A DNA stretch of 64,000 nt from Centroscyllium fabricii. Lineage: Eukaryota. This document shows, in pieces, positions 11,294 to 24,910 of the stretch. The notes under the pieces are model-generated. The model was given only the letters and a program-made list of their open reading frames with translations, was not told where the DNA came from and searched no databases. Each line of letters starts with the position of its first letter. The stretch's first letter is position 1. Made by a program: the position numbers and the translations under genes. The stretch lies in NCBI GenBank assembly GCA_051313645.2, contig JBNRSN020000005.1:167958001-168022000 (forward strand), read 5' to 3'.

Positions 11294-14099
11294 AGTTCCT
11301 CTCATGGGATTCTGACCGTTGGTATTCAGTGTCTTCTTTTAGTAATTCTCTTAGGCTTGCTGTGTTCGGGACATGTTCAGGATGAAAGAGCTCATATACT
11401 GGAACAATCCGAGGTAGCTTCTCAGCTCCTTCTTGTCGTTTGGAGGTTTCATCTCTGCTATCGCTTCGACCTTTTCGGGATTAGGCTTGACACCCTCCAG
11501 TGTGTAGATCATGCCAAAAAAATTGCACTTCGTACTTTTAACAATGCACTTCTCGGCATTTAGCTTGATGCCAACCGTTCTGGGTGTGCTCCATGGCCTT
11601 GTGTAAGTGTATGTCATGGTCTCTTTCATTTGTTCCGTAAACTTGGATGGCGTCAGCGATTCCAATGGCTCCTTCACAGCCTCTGTATGCTTCATTGATC
11701 TTTTGTTGGAAGATATCTTGGCTGACTTTCAACCCGAATGGCAGCCGCAGGAATTTATAAAGCCCCAATGGTGTGTTAAAGGTCGTCAGGTTAGTTGATT
11801 CTTCGTCCAGTTTTACGTTCCATTGGCCATTTCTGGCATCCAGTTTGGAGAACACCTTGGCTCTTGCCAGTGCTGGTGTGATTTCTTCTAATTTTGGTGT
11901 GAGGTAGTGGTCCCGCTTTATTGCCTGGTTTAAGTCCTTGGGGTCCAGACAGATTCTGAGCCACCCGTTCTGCTTTTCCCGTACCACAATTGAAATTACC
12001 CAGTCTGTAGGTTCAGTGACCTTTGCAATTATCTCTTTCTCTTCCATTTCTTAGAGTTCTGTGTATAATTTTTCCTTTGCTCGATGGGTATTTTTCTTGG
12101 GGCATAGATGACCGGCTTTACCTCTGGATCTACTGTTATATGATACTTGAACTCCCCGAAGCATCCTACTGTGTCATCAAAACACTCTGGATACATGTCC
12201 ATCACATGTTTCATGTCCTTGATTTGTGGACGTTTTTCCAGTGGGGTGTTGCTGTCGACTTTCAGTGATGGTTTTGTTAGTTCATGGTTTATCGAGATTA
12301 ACCCCAGCTTCACGCAACTGTTTAATCCCAGGATCGCCGGTCCCTTGGTGTCGGTCACATAGAACATGCAGTTGATGGTTCTGCTTTTGTGTGTTCCTTT
12401 TATATAGGTTATTCCGAGTTGTCTGATCTCGCTCCCCCCATACAAGGTCAGCGTGACGTTGTTTGCTTTTAGGCATCCTCTTTTTGGGTATCTATCTTCG
12501 CCCAAGTTTTCGGGGAAGATGATCTGGTATATCCTCAGTGGAAGGATGTTACTCTGAGCTCCTGTGTCCAACTTTACTTTTACATTGACAGTTATGGGCT
12601 GTCCTTCGATCCTCTTTCTAATCTGGATGGTAATGTGCACTTTTTACTTTGGGGTGCTCGTTTCGTGTGAGAGAACCTTTATTGTTTCAATGTTCAAAGT
12701 TTTGTCATACCCGCAGTCTTCGTCATCTTGCTCACCCATGATATGGATTTTGTTTTTCTTTTGTTGATTTTGCTGTCTTCCTCTGCTTTTGGTGTGTAGC
12801 CCCTCTCTTTTAGCTCTGCACATCTTTTGCCAGTGGTTTGCTCTATCACACGTGTTGCATCTTGTACCATAAGCTGGGCATTTTCTTCTGTCTCTGTACT
12901 CGTGTTGTCTTCCGCAGTTCCTACATTTATTTTTTCCGCTGTCATATACTTGTCTTTTTGTGTTGTGTTTTTCGCGCACTGCATCTACTCTGTGATCAGG
13001 TTCGGGAGTTGTCCGCATGCCAGCCGTATGAGTATTCAAAGTTTTCATCTGTTGTTTTGTGGCCTCGTGAGCCCTCGCTGCATTTAAAGCTTCTATTATT
13101 CCGAGCTTTTCTTTCCCTATTAGTTCTTTTGCACTCCTGCATGCGCTGATCCCCATATTAATTGGTCTACCAGTCTTTCTTGTAGTTCCGTAAACTTGCA
13201 TTTGCTGGCTTCGTTTTTTAGTCTCATCAGGAAATCATCGGCCGTTTCATCTGGTTCCTGTCTTATGCTTTGGAATTTATACCTGTGTATGCGATAGTTT
13301 GATTTAGGTTCGAGATGGTTACTGAACCTTTCATAAATTTTCGTAGGGTTAGTTTTATCCTCTTTGGATAAACTCCAGCTGTTATAGAGATCTAAGCCTT
13401 TTTCTCCTGCCCACAGTAGAATGTAACAGACTTTTTCTTCATCGGTGGAGCTTTTTAGAAAGCTTTTAAAAGTAAGTTCACATTTTTGCTTAAATTTCCG
13501 GAAAGCTTCCACGACATCGTTGGCTTCCCAGTTCATAATGGGGAGCATATTCGCAGTCAGTACCATTTTAGCCATTGTAGCTTACCATACGATTTGTGGT
13601 TAGAACACTGCAGATATTACTTTTAAATATCTTCACTCTGAGATCGTTTTGCTTTGCGTATGTTTTACTCACTTATACCACTGCCACCATGTTGTGTCTC
13701 CTAGCGCTCGTGGTGCTTTGTAAAGATGACTCTGGACTCAGCAGTTTGATTTTATTATCTTGGTACTTTACTTAGGTTACAAATGGCTGCTCCCTCATGG
13801 TGCGGAGTGATACATCACACTGCCTGTGAGATGGCTGCAGCACTTCTTTTCCAGCACCGTAATGCTGCTGTTTGATTTAGGTGTTAGTACACTTGTATAA
13901 AGTAGTCCCACAAATAACTATGTAACAGTCCATGTATGACAAATGGCCATTTGCATGTTCACTGGGGAGTTACTAGTGCCCATAGACCCTTACCTACGCA
14001 TAAATCACCACCTGCAGGAGATGAGCAGAGAACATTCATGGCATTTTATTTTTAAAAGCGCTACTTTCTGAGCTTTAAAAGAGAAACTGTCTGAGGCTG

Positions 14100-14878
14100 A
14101 GCCAGGCTGTTCACAACCTTGGTGTCATATTTGACCCCGAGATGAGATTCCGACCACATATCCACGCCATCACTATACCGCCTTTTTCCACCTCCGTAAC
14201 ATCGCCCAATTCTGCTACTGCCTCAGCTCATCTGCTGTTGAAATCCTCATCCATGACTTTGTTTCCTCCAGACTTGACTATTCCAACACACTCCTGACCA
14301 GCCTTCCACTTTCTACCCTCCATAAACTTGAGGTCATCTAAAACTCTGCTGCCCATGTCCTAACTCGCACCAAGTCCCGTTCACCCATTAACCCTCTGCT
14401 CGCTGACCTACATTGGCTCCCGGTTAAGAAACACCTCAAATTTAAAATACTCATCATTGTTTTCAAATCGCTCCATGGCCTCGTCACTCCCTATCTCTGT
14501 AATCTCCTCCAGCCCTACAACCTAACCCCCCTCCCCCTTCCCCATCTCACCATCCCACTGCAAATCTCTGCGCTCTTCTAATTCTGGCCTCTTGACCATC
14601 CCTGATTTTAATCGCTCTACCATTGGCAGCCGTGCTTTCAGCTGCCAAGGTCCTCAGCTCTGGAATTCCTTCCCTAAACCTCCATGCCTCTCTACCTCTC
14701 TCTCCTCCTTTAAGACGCTCCTTAAAATCCAGCTCTTTGACCCAGCTTTTGGTCATTTGCCCTAATGTCTCCTTATGTGGCTTGGTGTCAAGTTTTGTTT
14801 GCTAACACTCCTGTGAAGCGCCTTGGGATGTTTTACTACATTAAAGGCGCTATGTAAATACAAGTTGTTGTTGTTTTT
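14100..14878 (+). mobile_element. L2 LINE 3' fragment
   Basis: NLGVIFD...SRLDYSN...LHWLPVK; L2 3' end with gttgttgtt tail. Confidence 0.88.
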
Positions 14879-17159
14879 TTAATGTTAACAAAGAACACTG
14901 ATTTTTTTTTAAGCAGGGCCTGAATATCAAATCACTCATTTTAATTATAGCTTATTGCTGCTTTAAACTCACTAATAAGAGTGGAAGAGGAAACCATAAT
15001 ATAAGCAAGTTCAATTAAGTATTTTTATTGAATACTTAAAGTTCCAAGAATAACAGTGTAATTGCCTTGTTGTAATTATTAATGTGTTATTACATTTATT
15101 CTCCTGGAACTACTCCACAATGTAATTCTATGGAACAAATTCTCAGACTCTTGGAAGGGGTACAAGATGAAGCTTGTCGTTTTTTTGGCAATCCTTTTCT
15201 CACCCCTAACCTACAACATATATCTCTCTCCATCACAACCTTTCTTGTGTCTCTCTGTTTTCGATACTGTTACAGTCATTGGTCCTCTGAACTTTCCTTT
15301 CATGTTCCTCCTAAGTCCCAAATACACCTCCTTCACAGTTTTAATTGTCTCTGCATCCTCACTGCATTGCAATTGAGACTACCAACTTGTTACCCATTCG
15401 CTTTGCTATCTCAAAGCTTCTAGGCTTCTTACCTCACTCAGCCTTTGCTTTCTCTCATGCTAAAACCTAACTCAGCCATTACCTCAACATTACCTTACGT
15501 TCTTTTTGTTAGCAGTTTTCTACTCTTTTCAACCTTACTTATGTTCTCTACTGTAAAATGTGACCCGTCATCTGTTTCTCAATGAAACGATATTGGTTGC
15601 ACTTCATTTACATTGAAATGAATAAGTTATTCATTTTGAATAAATTGTTAGTTGGGGGACTCCAGTCCTAGTATTGTATTAACAAAAATTCACCACTGAC
15701 AATTTTGTAGGTACTTCGTTATTACGTTGTTGTAGAAATCACGGATTTCTAACAAAACTGAGGTCCACACAGAGGAACGATTCAAAAACAGGTCTTTACT
15801 CAATGCCAATGTCGAAGGGACTGCATGGGCAGCCCCATGACCAACGTGATGACATCATCATGTTGGCCCATGTTTTCTCGCGCTCTTAACGGGGCCACAC
15901 CCCGTATCTTCAAAGAATACATTTACAGTACAGTAATGCCTAACACCATGTTCGAATGTCTGGCTGGTGTTAGGACTTTGTTAAAGTGAATTATATACAG
16001 CTGAATTATATACAGTTAGACAGTGGACCTGCCACATGCGCCCCCCAGAATTCGCTTTAACAGACAATGTCAAACAGTGAGGGGGTCTGACAAGCCTGTC
16101 CACGCAGCTTCTATATTCTGAAGGCAGAGGCTGCGGTGCGGCTGGCGGTCTGGTGGGCGATCGTAGCAGGTCTGTAGGCACGACGGTAGGCGGTCTACCT
16201 CACCTTGGTGGCTGCGCTGTCTGAACAGGATGGTCGGGGTCCAGTTGTGCCGGCTTGAGACGGTTGACTGAGACCTGGTCAGGCTTACCGCCGACGTCGA
16301 TGGTGAACGTCTTGTCACCCATTTCCAACACATGGAAAGGGCCAGTATATGGAGCCTTGAGCGGATCCCTGTGAGAATCGTGGTGGATGAAGACATATTC
16401 GGCATTGTGTAGCTCCTTAGGCACGAGGGATCGCTGTAGCCCATTGTAGTTGGGATGAATTCACCCGGGACCCTCAGTGGCTGTCCGTACTTCGCATGGC
16501 CCCCAAATAAGATTTTTACTCTTCCTCGGCAGCATGTCAACCTATCCTGCATCTTGGAGACTGGCCCTCAGTGCGGCCTTCATCGCAGAGGCCGTTCGCC
16601 TGCGGGTGGTAGGCTGTGGTGCGGTACAGTTTGTCGCTGAGTCCCTGGGCCACCACGTTCCAGAGTTCCGAAGCGAACTGTGGGCCCCTGTCTGAGGAGA
16701 TATCGGTTGGAACCCCGAAACGGGCGACCCACGCGGAGATAAACGCCCTGGCTACGTCCGCCGAAGTGGTGGATGAAAGTGGGAATGCCATCTGGTGGTG
16801 CGGTCGACCATGGTGAGGATGTGTGAAAAACCATGGGAAAGTGGAAGAGGACCCACCAAGTCGACGTGGACGTGGTCGAACCGACGCTCCGGAACCGTGA
16901 AGGAGGCCAGTGGTGCCTTGATCTGTCGATGGATCTTGGACTTTTGGCAGACTACACAGGTGTTGGCCCAGGCTCGGATGTCTTTATGCATGCTGTGCCA
17001 GACGAACTTCGCTGACATCAGCTTCTGGGAGGCCTTCATGACGGGGTGTGACAACCCGTGGATGGCGTATGAAGACTTTGCGGCGCCAAGCGACCGGCAC
17101 AATGGGTCGAGGATCTTGCACTGAGACGTCACACAGCAGTGTGGTGCCCGCTAAGTGGA

Positions 17160-17634
17160 AGTTTTTTTTTATTAATTGATGGGATGTGGGCGTCGCTGGC
17201 TGGCTAGGACTGCATTTTAGTGCCCATCCCTAATTGCCCTTGAGAAGATGGTGGTGAGCCGCCTTCTTGAACCGCTGTAGTCTTATTGTTTTTCGTAGCG
17301 GTTGTTTACAACTGAGTGGCTTGCTAGACCATTTCAGAGGGCATTAAGAGTCAACCACATTGCTGTGGGTCTGGAGTCACATGTAGGCCAGACCAGGTAA
17401 GGACGGCAGATTTCCTTCCCTAAAGGACATTAGTGAACCAGATGGGTTTTTGCAACAATCGACAATGGTATCATGGCCGCCGTTACTAGACTAACATTTC
17501 ATTCCAGAATTAAATTGAATTGAATTTAAATTCCACCAGCTGCCGGGGAGGGATTTGAACCCATATCCTCAGAGCATTTGACTGAGCCTCTGGCTTACTA
17601 GTCTAGTGACATAACCACTATGCCACCGCCTCCC
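17160..17634 (-). mobile_element. tRNA-derived SINE with cccacatccc...A-rich tail
   Basis: Box A/B-like head on the minus strand; TSD ctaagtgga; related decayed copy at 52600-52820. Confidence 0.8.
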
Positions 17635-17905
17635 CTAAGTGGACGTCAGCTAGCTGGAGGCCTGTGACAGCTGGCCTGTATGCCTGTACTTCTGGGTCTG
17701 CAGTTTGATCCACCGCCATGAGGGCATAATCGATGCCCAAATGGACAGTTTTGATGGCCGCGTGGAAGAGGCAGTCTGCCACCAGGATGTCTTTACCGGC
17801 CACGTGCTGTATATACGTGGTAAACACAGATATGTAAGTCAGCTGGCACTGTTGTCAAGCTGACCATGGCTCGGCGGTCTTGGACATAGCGAATGTGAGT
17901 GGTTT

Positions 17906-18290
17906 AGAAACATAGAAACATAGAAGATAGGAGCAGGAGTAGGCCATTCGGCCCTTCGAGCCTGCTCCACCATTCAATGTGATCATGGCTGATCAACCAA
18001 ACCCAGCACCCCGCCCCTGCCGTCTCCCCATATCCCTCAATCCCTATCGAGCCTACACCTTATCCCTGTAACCCCACATATTCAATCCCCCTGACACTAA
18101 GGGTCAATTTATCATGGCCAATCAACCTAACCCGCACATCTTTGGACTGTGGGAGGAAACCGGAGCACCCGGAGGAAACCCACGCAGACACGGGAAGAAT
18201 GTGCAAACTCCACACAGATAGTACCCGAGGCTGGATTTGAACCCGGGTCTCCAGTGCTGTGAGACAACAGTGCTAACCACTATGCCACCG
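17906..18290 (-). mobile_element. HE1-like V-SINE with CR1-derived tail
   Basis: tRNA-like head, V-domain (gtggagtttgcacattct...tttcctccgggtgctccggtttcctcccaca), (tttctatg)n tail; TSD ggttt. Confidence 0.85.
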
Positions 18291-20680
18291 GTTTATGGTC
18301 GACGAAAGCTGTGAAAGGCCGTCCCTCCAGGAGGAACCGGAAATGGCGGACCGCCAGGAAAAGGGCGAGCAACTCTCGGTCGAACGTGCTGTAAGCCCTC
18401 TCATTCTGCCGCAGTTGCCAGCTGAAGAAAGCCAAAGGTTGCCAGGCGCCATTCACCCACTGCTTCTGGACTGCATCTACCGCGTAATCTGACGCATCGG
18501 TGGAGAGGGCTATGGTGGCTCCTGGTAGAGGATGCGCCAACATGGTTGCATTGGCCAAGGCGCTTTTTGTTTCAGCGAACGCTCGGGTCATCCCCTCCAT
18601 CCAGTTGACCGGGTTCTTGCCAGATTTGCCCTTGAGTGCCTCGTACAGGGGCTGCATGAGAAGTGCTGCCCTAGGCACGAAACGGTGATAAAAATTCACC
18701 ACGCCCAGAAATTCCTGCAGGGCCTTCACCTTTTGCGGGCATGGAAAGGCTGTCACCGCCTCTACTTTTGCAGGTAAAGGCACCGCTCCCTCCGATGTGA
18801 TGCAATGCCCCAGGAAGTCAATTTGGTGCAAGCCAAACTGACACTTGGCCAGATTGATGATGAGACCATGTTGACTGAGGCGTTGGAACAGGGTGCGCAG
18901 GTGACTGAGATGCTCTACATTGGTCGGACTGGCAATTAGGATGTCGACTAGATAGATGAAGAGGAACTTGAGGTCCCGCAGCACGGAGGCCATCAGACGC
19001 TGGAAAGCCTGGGCGGCATTCTTCAAGCCGAACGGCATTCTCAAAAATTCGAAGAGGCCGAACGGGGTGATGACTGCAGTCTTCTGGACATCCTGTGGGT
19101 GCACTGGGACCTGATAGTAGCCCCGGACGAGGTCGACCTTGGAGAAAACGCTATTGCCTGCCAAATGGGCAGAGAAATCCTGGAAATGGGGGATCGGGTA
19201 TCGATCGGGTGTGGTGGCCTCATTCAAACGTCGATAGTCGCTGCAAGGCTGCCATCCTCCACCAGGTTTCGGGACGATATGGAGAGGTGAAGATCAGGGA
19301 CTATTTGACCGGCGAATAATCCCTAGCTGCTCCATGGTGGCAAACTCTGCCTTCGCGACCGCCATCTTGCCAGGTTCAAGGCGCCGGGCCCACGTGTAGA
19401 CCGGGGGCCTGTTAGTGGAAATGTGATGTCTCACTCCATGTTTAGCGGATGAGAAGGAGAAGGTGGGCTGTGTCAGGCTGGGGAATTCACCGAGGAGGCG
19501 AGCAAATTCGTCGGGAGTTAGAAAAGCACAGGAGACGGTGCGTGCCGTCGTGTTACTACGGTATCACGGTAGTGAATGAAATGTTGCCGCGTTGATCAGC
19601 CAACGATTCCGGATGTCGATCAGTAGGCTGTTGGCGCACAGAAAATCCGCACTGAGGAAGGGGCTGGGAAACCTTAGCCGTGACAAAATCCCAGTGGAAG
19701 CTCTGGCCACCGAAGCACAATTCTACTCGCCCCGACATTGGCCGCTTCAAGGGTGGGCCCATGATTCCCCCTCTGGACATCAAGGGCGGACACGGGCATA
19801 ATGCTGCACTGCGCACCGGTGTCACAAAGAAATCGTCGACCAGAAAGAGTATTGGTTATGTCTAGCAGCTGCTGACTGCCATTGCTGCTACCGGGTGCTT
19901 GTTAAACCCAGTCTGCTGTGGCTGCTGCGTCAGTTGGGCGGCTTTTTTTTGAGGGGAGAAAGTACAGGGAGGGTGGTAGCGCCTCGCCTTCGCACCGAAC
20001 TGCGCATGATAAAAGCACAGGGCAGCAGTCTGATGAGCTGAGGCATTGTCCATGGGGGCTGAGTACCTCGTGGCGGCACAGTAGTGCCGAGTGACCGCGA
20101 AGATTTTATCGGCCTCAGCAGCAAGGGCTGCACAGTCGGTGATTGAGGAGCCAGCCAGGGTGGCTTGTACTTGCTCGGGTGGCTGGCTGAGGAAAAGCTC
20201 TCAGAACAGAAAGCATTCTGGTTCGGAGCCCAGGAGTGTGAGCATCTGGCTCATTAACTCCGAGGGCTTGGAGTCCCAGAGTCTGGGCATCGAAAGTAGT
20301 CGACGGGTGCGCTCCGCTTTGGTGAGCCCGAAGACCTGTAGCAATCGCGCTTTAGTGCTTCATACTTGCCATCTACAGGGTGTGGTAACCCATATTATGT
20401 ATATTTACCACTGCATTATTGTTGCCAACAATTGGCTGTGTGTGATACACAGCCTGTAACACTGTCGTGGAGCCAGGTCAGTCACACCTCTAACTCCTCC
20501 CCCAGGTGAGGCCTTTATAGGTGAGGACTGACCAAGGCTCCCTCATTCTGTTCTGATGTTCGTTCGGAGGGCAGCTCCAAAGTAAGTTATTAAAAGCCTA
20601 TAGTTACGGTAACTACTCGTCTAGTCTTTTATTAAGAGATATTGACGATACGTCAATTTTAATAACTTAAACATTTTGAA

Positions 20681-23600
20681 ATGGAGAGCGGTGCAGTAAA
20701 GCCAGAAAAGCTGGATATCAGTCCACAGGACCCAGCCGCCGCCACCACGTTTGAACACTGGTTCGGTCTCCTGGAGGCCTATATGGACGCCGCCAAGGCT
20801 ACAACCGACGGGAACAAGTTACAGGTTCTCCGTTCTAGGATCTCCAGCCGAGTATTCTCCCTCATCCGAGACGCCAAAACCTACCCAGGGGCAGTGGAAA
20901 AGCTGAGGAAATGCTACGAGCGCACGGTCCATTCGGTCTACGCCAGACATGTGCTCGCGACCAGACCACAACTACCGGGTGAGACCAATGAACAGTTTGA
21001 GCAAGCGCTCCAGGCCCTGGTACGGGTCTGTGGCTGCCAAGCCCGGACAGCAGAAGAGGAGGCGAACCTCCTCGTCCGAGACGCGTATGTAACTGGCCTG
21101 TGGTGCGTGGAAGCCCGCCAGCGGCTGCTCGAAAAAGACTCTTTGTCTCTGGAAGAGGCGATCGCCATAGCTAACTCCGTTGAAGGAGCACGCAATAAAT
21201 TGCAGGCGTACAGCGGCACAAACCCGCAGGCCTACGACATGTGGGCCGCGCCACAACGGGCCCAGGCCTGGGCAGCACCACAACGGGTCGAGACCCCCAC
21301 GATGGCTGCGACAGCCACAAAGGACAAACGCTGCTATTTCTGCGGCCAGGGACTGCACCCGCGAGCGAGATGCCCAGCAAGGACCGCGACCTGCGAGAGG
21401 TGCGCCAAAAAGGGACATAATGCAAAGGCTTGCAGATCAGCACCAGCAGCGCCCAACTCCAGGTAAAACAGCGCAGCCTGTGAAAGCTCCGACAGACCTC
21501 AGGTAAGCTGCAATAGCAGCGCGATCCAGCGACGGTCCGGGGGTAGAAAGAAAGCACCCCCATCTCCCACCCCGATGCGGCAAAGGCCGGCCAAGCGCGA
21601 CCACCCAATGCCAGCAGCAGACCCAACGCGGCCGGCTGCGTGCGAATCACGGGCACCGCCAACCCGACCACCGCGGCTCGCTGCGTGTGAACCACGGGCA
21701 CCGCCAAACCAGTCACCGCGGCCCGCTGCATGCGAACCACGGGCGCCGCCAGCGTGCCCACAGCGGTCAGCCGTGTGCGAACCACGGGCGCCGCCATCTC
21801 GACTCCAGCGGCCCACCATGTGCGACCCCTCGGCGCCGCCATTTTGTCCCCAGGGCCCCACCATGTGCGAGCCAGGGGCTCCGCCATTTTGTCTCCAAGG
21901 CCCCACCATGTGCGAGCCAGGGGCGCCGCCATTTTGTGTACAGCCCCAACCAGCAGGGGGCCCCCACACACAAAAGTACACGTCGGCCTCAGCCATACCC
22001 AGAGTGGACCAGGACAGGCCACACACTCTGTCGAATTCGATAATGCCTATTAAAATAAACGTCCATATTACCGATTGCCTATTTGACACTGGAAGCACAG
22101 AGAGCTTTGTGCACCCCGATACAGTGCAGCGCTGCGGACTGCAGATCCTGCCCACGAACTACCAAGTCTCCCTTGCTTCAAGGTCCCACACCGCGGACGT
22201 CACCGGCTACTGCTCCGTCACGCTCACAGTCAAGGGGTGCGTGTACCGTAATTTTAAATTGTACACCCTCCAGCAGTTGTGTGCCCCAGCCTTACTAGGT
22301 CTGGATTTCCAGTGCCACCTCAAGAGCGTGACAATGGAGTTCGGCGGGACCTTGCCCCCCCTCACCGTCAGTAGCCGGGACAGTCCCTTCCCAAAGCAGA
22401 GCCCGGCCTGCGGCCTCTCCACCCTGAAAATCGACCCCCCCTCACTGTTCGCCAACCTCGACCCCAAGTGCAAACCTATTGCTACCAAGAGTCGGCGGTA
22501 CAGTGTGGGGGATCGCACGTTTATCAGGTCGGAGGTCGGGCGTATGCTGAATGAGGGGGTAATTGAAGCCAGCACCAGACCCTGGCGGGCCCAGGTAGTA
22601 GTGGTAAAGTCTGGCGAGAAACAGCGGCTGGTTATCGATTACAGCCAGACCATCAACCGCTACACCGGGCTCGACGCCTACCCTCTCCCCCGCATCTCGG
22701 AAATGGTCAACCAGATCGCCCAATATAAGGTGTTCTCCACGATCGACCTTAAGTCGGCGTATCACCAACTCCCGATCTGGAAAGCCGACCGCCCCTACAC
22801 CGCCTTCGAGGCGAACGGTCGGCTCTACCACTTCCTCCGGGTCCCCTTTGGCGTGACCAACGGAGTGTCAGTGTTCCAACGGGAGATGGACTGCATGGTT
22901 GACCAGAATGAGTTGCAGGCCACTTTCCCTTACCTGGACAACGTGACCATCTGCGGCCACGACCAGCAGGACCACGATGCCAATCTGGCCAAATTCCTCG
23001 ACACGGCGGATAAGCTGGACCTCACGTATAACAAAGACAAATGTGTCTTTAATACAGACCGGCTCGCCATCCTCAGATACGTGGTGGAGAACGGGGTCCT
23101 CGGCCCCGACCCACAGCGTATGCGACCCCTTCAAGAACTGCCCCTAGCTCACAACCCTAAAGCCTTGAGGAGATGCCTTGGATTTTTCTCCAATTACGCA
23201 CAATGGGTCCCACAGTTCATGGACAAGGCTAGACCACTCCTCAAGGCTGCCGTTTTCCCCCTTTCGGTAGAAGCCCAAACGGCATTCGCCCGGATAAAGG
23301 AAGACATCATCAAGGCGACCATGCTCGCTGTTGATGAATCCATTCCCTTCCAGGTGGAGAGCGACGCTTCGGACTTTGCCCTTGCTGCCACCCTACAGGG
23401 ACCCGAAACTCGCCACTCTGCAGTGGAAAAGGAGGCCCAGGCCATCGTGGAGGCCGTGCGCTACTGGTGTCATTACCTGGCCGGTAAGTGTTTTACCCTT
23501 CTCACCGACCAACGTTCGGTGGCGATTATGTTTAATAATGAACAAAAGGGTAAGATCAAGAATGATAAGATCCTGCGGTGGCGGATCGAACTCTCGACTT

Positions 23601-24869
23601 ACGAGTACGACATTCTTTACCGACCAGGTAAACTCAATGAACCCCCGGACACACTGTCCAGGAGAACGTGCGCCAGTGCCCAGCTAGACCAGCTGAAGGA
23701 CCTCCACGACCGCCTTTGCCACCCGGGTGTCACCAGACTCGCCCACTTCGTTAGATCCCGTAGCCTCCCCTACTCCATCACGTAGATCAAGGCTATGACC
23801 CGAGAGTGCCCTGTTTGCGCCGAGTGCAAACCCCAATTTTTCCGGCCAGACACGGTGCACCTCATCAAGGCCACCCGCCCCTTTGAACGTCTCAGCGTGG
23901 AATTCAAAGGCCCCCTCCCCACCACTGACCGCAACTCATACTTCCTCACGGTCGTAGATGAGTTCTCCCGCTTCCCCTTCGCCTTCCCCTGCGCAGATAT
24001 GACGAGCGCAACGGTGATAAAACACTTCACCACGCTGTTCGCCATTTTCGGTCTCCCCAGCTACATCCATAGCGACCGGGGTCATCGTTCATGAGCGATG
24101 AACTGCGTCAGTTTCTGCTCCAGAAAGGGGTTGCCACGAGCAGAACGACCAGTTATAACCCCCGGGGGAACGGCCAGGTAGAAAGGGAGAATGGGATCAT
24201 CTGGAAGGCGGTCACCCTGGCTCTGAAGTCCAGAGGCCTTCCAGTGGCCCATTGGCAAGCAGTCCTCCCAAACGCGCTGCATTCTATATGCTCTCTCCTA
24301 TGTACGGCCACTAACGCCCCCCCTCATGACTTGATTTTTTCCTTCCCAGGAAGTCGACTTCGGGGACAGCTCTTCCTCCATGGCTCACGACACCGGGGCC
24401 GGTCTTCCTTAGGAGACACGTCCATGGCCACAAGACCGACCCCCTGGTGGACAAGGTGCAGCTCCTACATGCGAACCCGCAATACGCGTTTGTACAGTTC
24501 CCGGACGGGCGTGAGGACACCGTATCAATTAGGGACCTGGCGCCCGCAGGAAGCACCGCAGCAGAGCCCCTGGTCGGGCAGCAGCCCACCCAGCCACAGT
24601 ACCCAGAACACCCCCTACACCTACGATGGCCTCCGAGGTTTCCAGAGCCCCAGCCGTGGCCAGCCCAAGACCACCACTCCGATAGCTCGGACCATCTGAG
24701 ACCATCATCATCTGAAACCACGGCACCAGAGCCGCTGTCACCACCAACGGACTCGAGCAGCACGGACCACGAAGAACCATCACCGGAACTCCGGCGGTCC
24801 TCCAGGCGGACACGACCGCCGGACAAACTGATATTGAACTGCTCGGTCGATTCACCCCACCGGACTTAA
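20681..24869 (+). pseudogene. pol: Single-frame gag-pol (two CCHC knuckles, PR, RT, RH, IN) with a few stops and frameshifts
   Basis: ORFs 20681, 21575 and 23795 share one frame; CYFCGQGLH, FDTGS, STIDLKSAYHQ, YLDN, SDASDFAL, HDRLCHPG..CPVC, SDRG. Confidence 0.92.
21638..21952 (+). repeat. Seven 45-bp coding tandem units (xCEPRAPPxxxxRxx) between NC and protease
   Basis: 15-aa units ACESRAPPTRPPRLA, ACEPRAPPNQSPRPA ... MCEPGAPPFCVQPQP; also present at 58573-58885. Confidence 0.9.
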
Positions 24870-24910
24870 AATTTTCAAGAAGAGGTGAATGTGGTAACCC
24901 ATATTATGTA

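Larger units (their letters stand above)
9288..13575 (-). pseudogene. pol: gag-pol pseudogene (CCHC NC, protease, RT, RNase H, integrase)
   Basis: CRNCGRQH, KLDTGAQSN, FSKLDARNG/RLPFGL, DASTRGLGA, HQGHMG..CSIC, DNGTQF; several stops and frameshifts. Confidence 0.9.
8882..13927 (-). mobile_element. Full-length degenerate Mag-like Gypsy LTR retrotransposon
   Basis: 238-bp LTRs at 8882-9119 and 13690-13927; 5-bp TSD gtcca; PBS tggtggcagtggt (tRNA-Leu-like); PPT gggaaagaggga. Confidence 0.95.
16200..20375 (-). pseudogene. pol: pol and 3' gag of the CsRn1-like element (disrupted); 5' gag continues at 26604-26810
   Basis: RT FSKVDLVRGYYQ/RMPFGLKNA/YLVDILI, RNase H TDASDYAV, IN HGLSHP..CVVC, HVDLVGPLP, SDRGPQF, GPY/F APYTGPF. 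Confidence 0.9.

Noticed and set aside
21464-21466. Programmed readthrough stop between gag and pol
   Set aside because: Copy 2 has TAC at this codon, so the TAA is a post-insertion mutation
21171-22155. Long antisense ORFs over the gag-pol junction (also 57765-59032)
   Set aside because: Expected from a GC-rich 45-bp array that is poor in stop codons; boundaries differ between the two copies
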